Assembly: GCF_000012805.1 (NCBI RefSeq)
Contig: NC_007484.1
Coordinates: 540,001-572,000, forward strand
Origin: Nitrosococcus oceani ATCC 19707
Lineage (GTDB): Bacteria; Pseudomonadota; Gammaproteobacteria; Nitrosococcales; Nitrosococcaceae
DNA: 32,000 nt
Reading direction: 5' to 3'
This document shows positions 1 to 10,428 of the stretch, in pieces (position 1 is the first letter of the stretch; every line of letters begins with the position of its first letter). A program made the position numbers and the translations under genes. Under the pieces are notes generated by a model. The model had not been told where the DNA came from. It searched no databases and saw only the letters and a program-made list of their open reading frames with translations.

Positions 1-706
1 AGAGCGTCCTGAGTTGGCGATGATCGCCGTCCAAGGACCCGAAGCTCGTGCCCAGGTCCACGGCCAGTTACCCGAATCTTTAAAGGAAAAAGTTGTTAAC
101 CTTAAGCGCTTTCAGGCTACCTGGGAGGAGGGGCTTTTTGTTGCCCGTACCGGCTATACGGGGGAGGACGGTTATGAATTACTGTTATCAGGCTCACAAG
201 CCCAAGACTGGTGGCGGCGCTTGCAGGCAGGCGGGGCGAAGCCCTGTGGCCTTGGGGCGAGGGATACCTTAAGGCTAGAAGCAGGAATGTGTCTGTATGG
301 GGCAGATATGGATGAGACCACAACCCCCCTGGAATCAGGTCTTGGATGGACGGTCGCCTGGAAACCCCCGGAGCGGGATTTTATAGGTCGTGCGGTTTTG
401 GAAGCCCAGCAAGCTGCGGGTTGCCCCCATCAACAAGTGGGCTTATTGCTCCAGGGCAAGGGGCTCATGCGCAATGGGCAGACCATCACCACTAACTTGG
501 GGGAAGGCGTGGTGACCAGTGGTGGGTTTTCTCCCAGTTTGGAGCGATCCATCGCCCTTGCCCGGGTGCCAGTCGGCGCTGATGGCCCCTGTGAAGTCCA
601 GATCCGGGGGCGGGCGGTACCAGCCGCTATGGTCAAACCTCCCTTTGTTCGCAATGGCCGAGCCTGTGTACCAGCAGAGCTCATGGAACCCATCGAGGTA
701 AGTTAG
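1..706 (+). CDS. gcvT: Aminomethyltransferase (glycine cleavage system T protein), 3' part; the 5' end lies outside the window
   Basis: The frame is open from the window edge (..[15 protein letters not shown]..). GcvT hallmarks are present: [39 protein letters not shown]. Stop TAG at 704-706. Confidence 0.9.
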   Translation, partial: ERPELAMIAVQGPEARAQVHGQLPESLKEKVVNLKRFQATWEEGLFVARTGYTGEDGYELLLSGSQAQDWWRRLQAGGAKPCGLGARDTLRLEAGMCLYGADMDETTTPLESGLGWTVAWKPPERDFIGRAVLEAQQAAGCPHQQVGLLLQGKGLMRNGQTITTNLGEGVVTSGGFSPSLERSIALARVPVGADGPCEVQIRGRAVPAAMVKPPFVRNGRACVPAELMEPIEVS

Positions 707-2106
707 GCCAGGGAGTTTAGTTTCTCCCGCCCCCGTTGGATGGCCGCACGCACCTGGGCGGGCGCGGTACCTCCCAGGTGATTTCTTGCCGCCACTGAGC
801 CTTCTAGGGTCAGGACATCAAAGACATCTTCCTCGATAACAGGAGAGAAGTCTTGGAGGGTAGCCAACTTGAGGGCGGCCAGATCTTTGCTTTGTTCGAT
901 GGCAAGGGCCACGGCTTTGCCCACGATTTCGTGGGCATCCCGGAATGAAACGCCTTTGCGTACCAGATAGTCAGCAAGATCGGTTGCGGTCGCATAGCCT
1001 TTAGTTGCTGCTTCCCGCATTTTATCGGGATTGGTTGTGATTGCTGGGATCATATCCGCAAAGGCCCGCAGGCATCCCAAGAGAGTATCAACGGTGTCAA
1101 AGAGCGGTTCTTTGTCTTCCTGGTTATCCTTGTTATAAGCCAGCGGTTGGCCTTTCATCAGGGTGAGAAGACTCACTAAATGACCGTTGACCCGCCCTGT
1201 TTTTCCCCTTACCAATTCTGGTACATCCGGGTTTTTTTTCTGGGGCATAATGGAAGAGCCCGTGCAGAATCGATCCGGCAGGGTGATAAAGTCGAATTGG
1301 GCTGAGGACCAGAGCACCAATTCCTCGGCGAACCGGGACAAATGGGTCATAAGAAGGGCGCCAGCGGCGGTAAACTCAATGGCAAAATCCCGATCAGATA
1401 CGGCATCCAATGAGTTTTCCGCTATACCATCAAAGCCTAGTAGCTCGGCTGTATAGGCCCGATCGATGGGGAAGGTAGTTCCCGCTAATGCCGCTGCTCC
1501 CAAGGGCAAAACATTAACCCGGTGGCGGCAGTCTGCGAGACGCCCGGTATCTCTTAGCAGCATCTCAAACCAGGCCATTAAATGATGGCCAAAAGTGACC
1601 GGTTGCGCTGTTTGTAGGTGAGTAAACCCTGGCATGATGGTGGCTGCTTCCCGCTCGGCTATCGCTAGCAATCCTTCTTGCAAGCGCTGTAGCTGGGCGG
1701 TGATAAGATCAATGGCATCTCGTAGATACAGCCGGATATCGGTGGCGATCTGATCATTTCGGGAGCGGCCGGTATGGAGCTTTTTTCCGACGGGGCCAAT
1801 ACGCTCGGTAAGGGCGGCTTCAATGTTCATATGCACATCTTCAAGGGCTACAGACCAGGAAAATTGCCCTCGGCTGATGTCTTGAGCAATAGTTTCTAGA
1901 CCTTGGATGATGGCATCGCATTCCTCCCTGGAGAGTACGCCCACCTTGGCTAGCATACGAGCGTGGGCGATGGAACCGTGGATATCTTGCCGGTAAAGCC
2001 GGTGGTCAAAGCCGATAGAGGCGGTGAATTCTTCGACAAAGGTATCGGTGGGTTCGTGGAAACGACCGGACCAGGGTTTGCCATGAGTGACATTGTTGTG
2101 ACTCAT
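703..2106 (-). CDS. argH: Argininosuccinate lyase
   Basis: 467-aa ORF. N-terminus [41 protein letters not shown] and the fumarate-lyase signature region [15 protein letters not shown] are typical ArgH. Confidence 0.97.
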   Translation of the reverse strand: MSHNNVTHGKPWSGRFHEPTDTFVEEFTASIGFDHRLYRQDIHGSIAHARMLAKVGVLSREECDAIIQGLETIAQDISRGQFSWSVALEDVHMNIEAALTERIGPVGKKLHTGRSRNDQIATDIRLYLRDAIDLITAQLQRLQEGLLAIAEREAATIMPGFTHLQTAQPVTFGHHLMAWFEMLLRDTGRLADCRHRVNVLPLGAAALAGTTFPIDRAYTAELLGFDGIAENSLDAVSDRDFAIEFTAAGALLMTHLSRFAEELVLWSSAQFDFITLPDRFCTGSSIMPQKKNPDVPELVRGKTGRVNGHLVSLLTLMKGQPLAYNKDNQEDKEPLFDTVDTLLGCLRAFADMIPAITTNPDKMREAATKGYATATDLADYLVRKGVSFRDAHEIVGKAVALAIEQSKDLAALKLATLQDFSPVIEEDVFDVLTLEGSVAARNHLGGTAPAQVRAAIQRGREKLNSLA

Positions 2107-2358
2107 AAAAGGGACATTCTCCGGATGCTGAAAGTGGAAAAGTTTTTATTATCAAGGTATCTTGCACTAATTTTACGCTAAATTTCTGTGGAAAAGCTGC
2201 AATAGTCGGTCGGATTAATAAAATGTTTGCCTTGATTTTAGCCTAGATTAGTGTCCTGCTCGGCGAAATATTTATTCAAATTTTGCAATTTCGGCACCGG
2301 TCTCATTTCTTCTTTAAACAGCTTTAACTTATCAAATCAATATGAAATGGTGTTTATT

Positions 2359-3291
2359 ATGAGTGCAAAGACCTGTCTTCGCATAGCCACCCGTAAGAGT
2401 CTTCTCGCTTTATGGCAGGCTGAATATGTTGCTGATACCTTGCGTCACCACTATCCTGATTTGAACATAGAGCTGGTCCGCATGAGCACCCAGGGCGATA
2501 AAATTCTGGATACGCCCCTGGCCAAGATAGGTGGCAAAGGATTATTCATTAAGGAGCTAGAACAAGGTCTCTTTAGTGGAGAGGCTGATATTGCCGTTCA
2601 CTCCATGAAAGATGTGCCGGTGGATTTGCCTGAAAATCTCCATATAGCGGTTATTTGCCAGCGAGGCGACCCGCGGGATGCTTTTGTCTCCAATCATTGG
2701 CAGGATTTGGATAGTTTGCCGGAGGGTGCGCGAGTGGGAACTTCAAGTTTACGCCGGCAAAGCCAAGTGCGGGAGCGTCGCCCTGACTTCCAGGTTTTGG
2801 ATCTGCGCGGTAATGTGAATACGCGTCTAGCTAAATTAGATAATAACGAATTTGATGCTATTATTTTGGCCGCTGCGGGCTTAAAACGCTTAGAGTTAAC
2901 CCAACGAATAAGGGAATCGCTGGCTCCCGAAGTCAGTCTTCCTGCTATCGGTCAGGGGGCTATTGGCATTGAATGCCGAAAAGGGGATACCGCTACCGAG
3001 GAACTTATTAAAGTGCTCGAACATCCTCCGACGCGGATTACCATTCGTGCGGAGCGGGCATTAAATGCACGGCTTGCCGGTGGTTGCCAGGTGCCTATTG
3101 CTGGCTATGCTGAGCTAGAGGATGAACGACTGCGGCTGCGTGCGCTGGTGGGACAGCCTGATGGCGGCCGGGTTATCCGAGGAGAAACATGGGGAATGCC
3201 TGGGGAAGCAGAAAGTTTAGGCGCATCGCTAGGTGAGGATTTGCTTCGGCGGGGGGCGGATAAGATCCTGGCAGAGGTTTACAGTGGCTGA
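2359..3291 (+). CDS. hemC: Porphobilinogen deaminase (hydroxymethylbilane synthase)
   Basis: ATG at 2359 gives [24 protein letters not shown].., the canonical HemC N-terminus. Also [15 protein letters not shown] and [10 protein letters not shown]. The ORF-track start at 2251 adds an implausible 36-aa extension. Confidence 0.95.
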   Translation: MSAKTCLRIATRKSLLALWQAEYVADTLRHHYPDLNIELVRMSTQGDKILDTPLAKIGGKGLFIKELEQGLFSGEADIAVHSMKDVPVDLPENLHIAVICQRGDPRDAFVSNHWQDLDSLPEGARVGTSSLRRQSQVRERRPDFQVLDLRGNVNTRLAKLDNNEFDAIILAAAGLKRLELTQRIRESLAPEVSLPAIGQGAIGIECRKGDTATEELIKVLEHPPTRITIRAERALNARLAGGCQVPIAGYAELEDERLRLRALVGQPDGGRVIRGETWGMPGEAESLGASLGEDLLRRGADKILAEVYSG

Positions 3292-4081
3292 AAGCGGGTT
3301 TATCCCACAGCAGCGGCTTGCTGGCCGGCGGGTGTTGGTTACCCGGCCGGCAGAGCAAGCCGAAAAATTATCCCAGGCGATTGAACTTGAAGGCGGGCAA
3401 GCCGTGCGCTTTCCGACAGTAGAAATTGGCGACTCGGAAGTACCCGCCGTAGTAGAGGAAATTATTGGCCGCTTGGATGATTTTCATTGGGCCGTGTTTG
3501 TCAGCGCCAATGCGGTACAGCGAGGGGTACCGTGGGTATTTGCCCGCCGTGAGATGCCTGCAAACCTTAAAATTGCGGTGGTAGGGCGGGCTACAGCGCA
3601 AGCGTTGGGGAACTTTGGGCTGTATCCCCGCCTTTGTCCTAGTTATGGCTATAACAGCGAAGCGTTATTGGCCATGGATGAGTTGCAAGATATGAAGGGG
3701 CAGCAGGTTGTCCTCTTTCGGGCTAGTGGAGGACGAGAACTATTAGCAAAGACCCTGACCAAGCGAGGGGCCAAAGTTGAATATGCCGAAGTATACCGCC
3801 GCTGTCTTCCTTCCCCCTCGGTGGCTGCCAATCTCCGACAAGTCCTGGTTAATGTTCCGGTAGATGTGGTGATCACCACCAGTAAAGCTGTTTTGGAAAA
3901 CCTCTGCCACCTTGCCGGGGAGCCTCTGTTAGAAAAACTTCGCAGAACCCCGCTGGTAGTCATCGGTTCCCGGCAAGTCCAGCAAGCAAGAGAGCTTGGG
4001 TTTACCCAGATATGGGTGGCGCAGGAGCCTAGCGATGCCGCTCTCGTCCAGACCATTATTGACCATGAGGATAAATTATGA
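3284..4081 (+). CDS. hemD: Uroporphyrinogen-III synthase
   Basis: GTG at 3284 overlaps the hemC stop by 8 nt. [15 protein letters not shown].., AVFVSANAV and [11 protein letters not shown] fit the HEM4 pattern, and the gene sits between hemC and hemX. The exact start is uncertain because the ORF is open from 3233. Confidence 0.85.
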   Translation: MAESGFIPQQRLAGRRVLVTRPAEQAEKLSQAIELEGGQAVRFPTVEIGDSEVPAVVEEIIGRLDDFHWAVFVSANAVQRGVPWVFARREMPANLKIAVVGRATAQALGNFGLYPRLCPSYGYNSEALLAMDELQDMKGQQVVLFRASGGRELLAKTLTKRGAKVEYAEVYRRCLPSPSVAANLRQVLVNVPVDVVITTSKAVLENLCHLAGEPLLEKLRRTPLVVIGSRQVQQARELGFTQIWVAQEPSDAALVQTIIDHEDKL

Positions 4082-5826
4082 GCGATAAAAAAGAGAACCT
4101 GCCGGGACAGCAAGGCGCGAAAGCAGCACCCTACTATAGTAAAAGGAAAGAAAAGAAAGCCAGATTATCGGAAAAAGCAGGTTTTAAGGGGGCCAGTGGG
4201 GAAGCTGACTCCAAAGCCCCAGAGCCGGAAAAACCAGAGTCTGAGACGCCTGTTGCTGCATCCAGAGTAGTAACAACGGAGCAAGACTCCAAGGAGAGCA
4301 GCATTCCTTTTTCGAAATCGGAAAGTAATACACCAGCTTCCGAAGCACCAGCAGAATCCCCTCCTCCTATAGGGAGTTCCTCCGAAAAATCTTCTGAAGA
4401 TGCTACCTTGTCAAAAACAAAGGAAGCCGAGCTGACTTCGAAAGCCCAGGAGCCGGAAAATCCGGAGGCTGAGAAAAGAACCGGAGCTTCAGAATCGGTG
4501 CCACCAGCTCAGGGCTCCAAAGAGAAAAGTGCCTCTTTCTCGGAGCCCCCCCAAGCAGCCGGAAGTGCGGCTAAGTCGCCCAAAAAAGAGGGGCTTCCTG
4601 CAAGAGATAGTAAACGCTCTATCCGTCGTACTCATCCCTATCAGGTAGAGAAGGCAAGTGGTGGGCCTGGTCGAGGCAAAACCTTGGTAGGGTTTGTGAT
4701 ACTGGCAATTGCCCTAATTTTAGTAGCGCTGGGTAGCGTTTATTACACCCGCTTCTTAGTTGAGAAAGAGCGACAAGCGCGGGAGTCTTTGTCCAAGCAA
4801 GTGGCTGAGCAATTAGAGACTCAATCTCCCCAGATAGATGCCCGCATAGCTGCGCAAGTAGATGAGCAACTTGCCGGAAGAGTCGCCTCTGAGATGGATG
4901 AACGGCTTGCTGGACAAGAAGAATCGCTTCAGCAGGAAGTTACTAATCTAAAGAAAGAAATAGCGGAGAATAAAGGCGATCTCAAGCAGATTCAGCAAGG
5001 AATGGCGACCTTAGAGTCTACTCTGGGGCTTCTTCGTTCCGAAGTAGAAAAGGGGCCGCAGCCGGGCAACTGGGATATCGCGGAAGCGGCTTATCTCATG
5101 CGCATTGCCAATGAGCGATTACAACTAGGACAAAATGTAAGTGTAGCCCTGGTTGCCTTGCAAGCGGCTGACCGGATCCTTCGCGATATGGCTAATCCTG
5201 CGTTTATGCCGGTGCGTGCTAAATTAGCGGAAGAAATTAATTCCCTAAAAGCAGTTCCTGATCCTGATATTGACGGTATGGCCCTGTCTCTCACTAATAT
5301 TATCAATCGAGTAAAAACCCTAGAGCTCAAAGAAACGGTTCTAGCAGAGTCAGTGCCCGCTTCAAAGGCTGAAGGAGAAGCCCCCGAGAAGACTCCGGAG
5401 CCGGAAGGCAATACTTATATTGCGAAAATCAAGGAATTTTTGCGGGTTATTTGGGACGACCTCAAGAGTTTGGTTGTGGTCAAGCACCGGCATGAAGTAG
5501 AAGGTGGCGGTATTCCTACCTTACTGCCGGAAGAGCGTTATTTTCTCTATCAAAATCTGCGGCTTGAATTAAAGACGGCCCGGCTGAATCTTTTACTAAA
5601 AAATGAAGCCGCTTTTCAGCAAAGCCTTGAGTTAGCGCAAAGCTGGTTGCAGACCTATTTCCAAGGTTCTGAGGCTAAAGTGATAAAGGATACGCTCGCT
5701 AAGCTAGAACAGGCGACTATAGAATCTTCTTTGCCAGATATTTCTGGATCGCTGAAAACTTTAAGTCAGGTATTAAGGCACATAAAGCCCCAAGCCGCCA
5801 GAGGCAGTGAAGGAGGCAGGGCATGA
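4078..5826 (+). CDS. hemX: HemX-family membrane protein (databases often label it putative uroporphyrinogen-III C-methyltransferase) with a long low-complexity N-terminal extension
   Basis: ATGA overlap with hemD. One TM helix (LVGFVILAIALILVALGSVYY, ~aa 203-223) is followed by a coiled coil and a HemX-like C-terminal region. Synteny is hemCDXY. Confidence 0.75.
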   Translation: MSDKKENLPGQQGAKAAPYYSKRKEKKARLSEKAGFKGASGEADSKAPEPEKPESETPVAASRVVTTEQDSKESSIPFSKSESNTPASEAPAESPPPIGSSSEKSSEDATLSKTKEAELTSKAQEPENPEAEKRTGASESVPPAQGSKEKSASFSEPPQAAGSAAKSPKKEGLPARDSKRSIRRTHPYQVEKASGGPGRGKTLVGFVILAIALILVALGSVYYTRFLVEKERQARESLSKQVAEQLETQSPQIDARIAAQVDEQLAGRVASEMDERLAGQEESLQQEVTNLKKEIAENKGDLKQIQQGMATLESTLGLLRSEVEKGPQPGNWDIAEAAYLMRIANERLQLGQNVSVALVALQAADRILRDMANPAFMPVRAKLAEEINSLKAVPDPDIDGMALSLTNIINRVKTLELKETVLAESVPASKAEGEAPEKTPEPEGNTYIAKIKEFLRVIWDDLKSLVVVKHRHEVEGGGIPTLLPEERYFLYQNLRLELKTARLNLLLKNEAAFQQSLELAQSWLQTYFQGSEAKVIKDTLAKLEQATIESSLPDISGSLKTLSQVLRHIKPQAARGSEGGRA

Positions 5827-7106
5827 AAGCCGTCATCTTTGGCCTAATTGTTTTGATCCTGGCGATTGGCCTGGAGCTGCTTACCCACGATGATTCTGGT
5901 TATCTTGTTATCGGATACGGTCAATGGATGATAGAAACGACTCTGACATTAGCAGTGATCGTATTAGGATTAATCTTTATCGGTGGATACTTAGCGCTGC
6001 GCTTCGTCTCCCATATAGGGAAAGCTCCCCGGCGACTGGGAGAAAGCCGGCAGCGGCGGCGTAGCTCCCGCGCTAGCAAAATGTTGATTGAAGGTTTAAT
6101 CGACATAGAAGAAGGAAATTGGGACCGGGCCGAGCGAGCCCTGGTTAAAGACATCGCCTATAGTAACACTCCCTTGCTCAATTATATTGCCGCTGCCCGA
6201 TCCGCCCAGAATCAAGGTGCTTACGAGCGACGCGATCACTATTTGCATTTGGCCCGGGAGGCGGTACCCGCCGCTACTTTTGCCATTGAACTGATTCAGG
6301 CGGAACTGCAGGTAAACAGTGGGCAGTTTGAGGAGGCACTGGCGATTCTAAATCATCTACGAACTTTAGACCCAAGGCATCCCCAGCCGCTTAAGCTGCT
6401 AAAATCGCTTTACTTACAACAAAGAGATTGGGATCAGTTGTTGGGTTTGCTCCTTCAATTATGCAAGCGGCGTTTGGTGAGTAAGGAAGAAGCCCATTCA
6501 TTAGAGGTCATGGCCCATGTGGAACTTTTGCAGGAAGCAGCTCAAAGTGAAAGCAACGCTGCTTTGATCGATAGGTGGAAGGCGGTTCCCAACCGTTTCC
6601 GGAAACATCCCAAAATCGTGGCGGCCTATGTTTATGCGCTCATTGATCGGAATGAACACGATCTGGCGGAGCAACTCCTCCAGGATACCCTGAAAGGAAA
6701 CTGGAGCGATGAATTGATCTATTTGTATGGATTGGTTCAGTCATCAGATCTGGTGGCGCAGTTAACGCGGGCAGAAGCTTGGCTTTCTCAGCAGGGAGAT
6801 AATCCTTGGTTACTGCTAACTTTGGGAAGACTAGCCCAGTATAATGGTTTATGGGGCAAAGCTCGGCAATACCTGGAAACCAGTATTGCTTATGCACCAA
6901 GGTCAGAGGCTTATCATGAACTTGGAAAAGTACTGGAGGAGATCGGCGACTCAGAGGCAGCGCTTGAGTGCTACAGTAAAGGATTGTCGATGGCTACCCG
7001 TGGCGCGGTGGAGGAAAGCGTTAAATTTAGCTTGCCAGAAAAGGCTCGGGAGATTTCCCTATCAGGCAGTGATTATACGCCACAATTGACGGGACCCGCT
7101 CCCTAG
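5823..7106 (+). CDS. hemY: HemY-family inner-membrane protein with TPR-like repeats
   Basis: ATGA overlap with hemX. Two N-terminal TM helices precede the HemY_N-like segment (RRSSRASKMLIEGLIDIEEGNWDRAERAL) and TPR-like helices. It is the last gene of hemCDXY. Confidence 0.8.
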   Translation: MKAVIFGLIVLILAIGLELLTHDDSGYLVIGYGQWMIETTLTLAVIVLGLIFIGGYLALRFVSHIGKAPRRLGESRQRRRSSRASKMLIEGLIDIEEGNWDRAERALVKDIAYSNTPLLNYIAAARSAQNQGAYERRDHYLHLAREAVPAATFAIELIQAELQVNSGQFEEALAILNHLRTLDPRHPQPLKLLKSLYLQQRDWDQLLGLLLQLCKRRLVSKEEAHSLEVMAHVELLQEAAQSESNAALIDRWKAVPNRFRKHPKIVAAYVYALIDRNEHDLAEQLLQDTLKGNWSDELIYLYGLVQSSDLVAQLTRAEAWLSQQGDNPWLLLTLGRLAQYNGLWGKARQYLETSIAYAPRSEAYHELGKVLEEIGDSEAALECYSKGLSMATRGAVEESVKFSLPEKAREISLSGSDYTPQLTGPAP

Positions 7107-7310
7107 AGATCCAGAAGGTTTTTTAAAATTCTAGCTCATCTTAGCTGTGTGGTTACCTCTATGGAAGAGTTGGTAGCCACACAAGCGAGATCGCTCCCGA
7201 AGCCGTATGCTTCAAGAGCGCACTCTATGGCGTTGCTTCACCACCAACCAAATACGTGGGCGGCCGCACCATCGAGTCGTTCAAAAAGCAACTCTCCCCC
7301 CGTTGAAGAG

Positions 7311-7601
7311 TTATTGCTTGGAAGAATGACGGGTTTCGGACAGCGGGGGAGAGGCATCGGGCAGTTGAATATTCAAGGCGAGCACGTCCATATCGCCTTC
7401 TTGTTCCATTTGAATTTTGACCTGGTCTTCATCAATTTCTATATATTTGCGGATAACTTCAATAATATCTCCCCGTAATCTGGGCAGATAAGAAGGGCCA
7501 GAGCGATCTATCCGCTCATGAGCAATCACGATCTGCAATCGTTCTTTGGCAGTGCGAGCTGAATTTCCCCTTGTTGCTCTGAAATAATTGAACCAACTCA
7601 T
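7311..7601 (-). CDS. minE: Cell division topological specificity factor MinE
   Basis: ATG at 7601 gives MSWFNYFRATRGNSARTAKERLQIVIAHER.., the canonical MinE N-terminus. It lies 7 nt downstream of the minD stop. The ORF-track start at 7667 overlaps minD and is rejected. Confidence 0.93.
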   Translation of the reverse strand: MSWFNYFRATRGNSARTAKERLQIVIAHERIDRSGPSYLPRLRGDIIEVIRKYIEIDEDQVKIQMEQEGDMDVLALNIQLPDASPPLSETRHSSKQ

Positions 7602-7608
7602 CTTTATA

Positions 7609-8415
7609 TTACCCAAAAAGCCGTTTGAAGAAAGGCTTGCGCTGGTGGATGAACCGATGGGGAACATCCTCGCCTAGAAAGCGGCATACTGAATCCCAAT
7701 AGGCGTGGCCAGCATCGGTGGTTTCATCCAGAATAACCGGTATTCCCGCGTTGGAGGATTGCAGAACTGCCTTAGACTCGGGAATAACGCCTAGCAGAGG
7801 AATTGCCAAGATTTCGAGAATATCATCCACGCTCAACATCTCCCCCCGCTTGACTTGCACGGGGTTATAGCGGCTGATAACTAAATGTTCTTTGATGGAC
7901 TCTTGCTCTCGTTCGGCACGCTGGGATTGGCTTTGTATGATGCCAAGGATTCGATCAGAGTCCCGGACTGCGGCAATCTCAGGATTAGTGACCACCAAGG
8001 CTTCATCCGCAAAGTAAAGGGCCATAAGCGCGCCATGTTCTATCCCCGCCGGTGAGTCACAAACGATATATTCAAACTCCAGTTCTCGCAGTTCCTCTAA
8101 AACCCGCGCTACCCCTTCCTTAGTGAGCGCCTCTTTGTTACGGGTTTGGGAGGCGGGAAGTATATACAATTCCTCAAGACGCTTATCCTTGATAAGCGCT
8201 TGGTTGAGTCGCGCCTCCTGATTTATGACGTTAACGAAGTCATAGACGACCCGCCGTTCACATCCCATAATAAGGTCTAGGTTGCGCAGGCCCACATCAA
8301 AATCAATGACCGCAGTTTTATAGCCTTGCATAGCAAGGCCCGTGGAAAACGCGGCACTCGTCGTTGTTTTGCCCACGCCACCTTTACCGGATGTGACGAC
8401 AATTATCTTGGTCAC
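7609..8415 (-). CDS. minD: Septum site-determining ATPase MinD
   Basis: 268 aa with GTG start. Deviant Walker A SGKGGVGKTT, and a C-terminal amphipathic helix KPFFKRLFG. Confidence 0.97.
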   Translation of the reverse strand: MTKIIVVTSGKGGVGKTTTSAAFSTGLAMQGYKTAVIDFDVGLRNLDLIMGCERRVVYDFVNVINQEARLNQALIKDKRLEELYILPASQTRNKEALTKEGVARVLEELRELEFEYIVCDSPAGIEHGALMALYFADEALVVTNPEIAAVRDSDRILGIIQSQSQRAEREQESIKEHLVISRYNPVQVKRGEMLSVDDILEILAIPLLGVIPESKAVLQSSNAGIPVILDETTDAGHAYWDSVCRFLGEDVPHRFIHQRKPFFKRLFG

Positions 8416-8454
8416 GTGATCGATCCTCCCTAGCCTGTGGATCTGGTTTTTTGA

Positions 8455-9189
8455 TTATAATGGTGAAATCATTAAGTGGTCTTCCCGCAGATAAACCTGG
8501 GCAGGATGTCCCTTGAGCGAATCTTCTGTGTCATCGATCAGTTTGTAATTCCCTGCGATGGCAATCAATTCTGCTTCCAAGCTTTGGCAAAATATCCGTG
8601 CCGTTATATCTCCACGGATTCCCGCTAGCGCACGCCCTCGCAATGAGCCGTAAACATGAATATTACCGTCCGCTAGCAGCTCCGAGCCAGGGCTGGCCTG
8701 GGCCAATACGATAAGATCGCATTCCCGTGCGTAGACTTGTTGTCCTGAACGGACGGGCCGCGTGATCATCAGACTTTTGCGGGGGGGAGGCGCTTCAGAA
8801 TTCCATTGGCGGCGCTGAATCCTGGAGCCATCAGTGTTGGCGGCTGGAGAATGCTCGGCGGGATTATTTCTAAGTAATGCGAAACCGGCTTGGGCCGCTG
8901 CTTCTCGCGCGTTAATTCGAGCATTGCGCACGCCTATGGGTACGAGGCCATGCTTGATGAGCACGATCTTAAGTGCCGTAAAGTCGAGCAAGCGTTCACC
9001 GTCGTCTAGACCCTTAAGGTCAATGACAATCGGCGTATTAGAAAAGAATCCGGGAGCAATTTTGACTTTAGCCGCGAGCTCGCGGGCTATTCGTCCCATA
9101 TCGGTATCTTGCAGCCGCAATACGCTTAGGGCGGATAGTTCGCCTTTAAGTTCAAAAGCGCGTTTTGGGGCAAAGGCCATGGATGACAT
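8455..9189 (-). CDS. minC: Septum site-determining protein MinC
   Basis: 244 aa. The C-terminal beta-helix region (RSGQQVYARECDLIVLAQASPGSELLADGNIHVYGSLRGRALAG) is typical MinC, and the gene is first in the minCDE operon. Confidence 0.9.
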   Translation of the reverse strand: MSSMAFAPKRAFELKGELSALSVLRLQDTDMGRIARELAAKVKIAPGFFSNTPIVIDLKGLDDGERLLDFTALKIVLIKHGLVPIGVRNARINAREAAAQAGFALLRNNPAEHSPAANTDGSRIQRRQWNSEAPPPRKSLMITRPVRSGQQVYARECDLIVLAQASPGSELLADGNIHVYGSLRGRALAGIRGDITARIFCQSLEAELIAIAGNYKLIDDTEDSLKGHPAQVYLREDHLMISPL

Positions 9190-9333
9190 AAAGCGGTAAT
9201 ACGGATGAGATGGGAACGGCTAGTTTTGCTTGGGTTATGTTTAGCGTATCTTTCATTTCCTACAAGGCGAGCTTCCTTTTATACAGGTATGAGTGCTGAA
9301 AGACAAGGAGGGGAAAATAAAATTCCCTATCTT

Positions 9334-10416
9334 TTAATCGCTTAATGCCGCAAGCTGGTCAGCTTGATGTTCTGCTACTAATGGATCGATAATCGCATCG
9401 AGATTGCCTTGGAGGATTTCATCGAGTTTATAAAGTGTTAAATTAATCCGATGGTCGGTCACCCGGCCTTGGGGGAAGTTATAAGTGCGAATTCGCTCCG
9501 AGCGGTCCCCACTACCGATAAGACTACGCCGAGTTGCGGTTTCTTCAGCTACTAGCTTTGCTTCTTCCTCCGATTTTAGCTTAGTCCGTAGCAGGGACAT
9601 TGCCCGAGCCCGATTCTTATGCTGGGAGCGTTCATCTTGGCACTCTACTACGATCCCGCTAGCAAGGTGGGTTATCCGAATAGCTGAGTCAGTTTTATTG
9701 ACATGCTGACCCCCGGCTCCGGAAGCACGAAAAGTATCCACACGCAGATCCGCTGGATTAATGTCAATATCATCGATTTCCTCGGCTTCTGGCATGATAG
9801 CCACAGTGCAAGCGGAGGTGTGAATACGGCCTTGGGATTCGGTTTGAGGAACCCGTTGGACCCGGTGGCCACCCGATTCGAATTTTAAACGTGAATAGGC
9901 GCCTGCACCTACTATTCGGACGATTATTTCTTTATGGCCGCCATGCTCCCCCGGACTATCACCCATGATTTCTGTTCGCCAGCCCCGTTGTTCAGCATAG
10001 CGTAAATACATCCGCAGAAGATCGCTAGCGAATAAGGCTGCTTCATCACCGCCTGTGCCAGCGCGAATCTCCAAAAAGATATTACGTTTATCGTTAGGGT
10101 CGGAAGGCAGGAGCAGCGTATGCAACTCCCGATCGAGCCGTTCGAGCTTTTTTTCCGCGGCAGCGATTTCTTCCTGGGCCAGGACCCGAAGCTCTGGATC
10201 TTGATCTTGGAGAAGCGCCTTACTCTCATTAAGAACGCTTTGGGCTTGTTCAAAGTCCCGAAAACAGCCAATAACGGGTTCAAGCTGGGCATATTCCTGG
10301 GACAGCTCGCGGAATTTTTTTTGTGCGCTTGCTATTTCCGGCTCGGCTAATAGGGCAGTGAGTTCTTGCTGCCGTTCGGCCAGGGTTTCTAGCTTGCTGC
10401 GAATAGAGTCCTTCAT
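9334..10416 (-). CDS. prfA: Peptide chain release factor 1
   Basis: 360 aa with the PxT-type decoding motif region ([17 protein letters not shown]) and the GGQ motif ([14 protein letters not shown]). Confidence 0.97.
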   Translation of the reverse strand: MKDSIRSKLETLAERQQELTALLAEPEIASAQKKFRELSQEYAQLEPVIGCFRDFEQAQSVLNESKALLQDQDPELRVLAQEEIAAAEKKLERLDRELHTLLLPSDPNDKRNIFLEIRAGTGGDEAALFASDLLRMYLRYAEQRGWRTEIMGDSPGEHGGHKEIIVRIVGAGAYSRLKFESGGHRVQRVPQTESQGRIHTSACTVAIMPEAEEIDDIDINPADLRVDTFRASGAGGQHVNKTDSAIRITHLASGIVVECQDERSQHKNRARAMSLLRTKLKSEEEAKLVAEETATRRSLIGSGDRSERIRTYNFPQGRVTDHRINLTLYKLDEILQGNLDAIIDPLVAEHQADQLAALSD

Positions 10417-10428
10417 GGACAGATCTCT

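Noticed and set aside
2251-2358. N-terminal extensions in the ORF track: hemC from 2251, hemD from 3233, minE from 7667, ychF from 17565, the cytochrome from 19518 and the ferritin-like gene from 30954.
   Set aside because: The extensions overlap upstream genes or add non-homologous residues. Internal starts give canonical N-termini and, where visible, proper RBS spacing.
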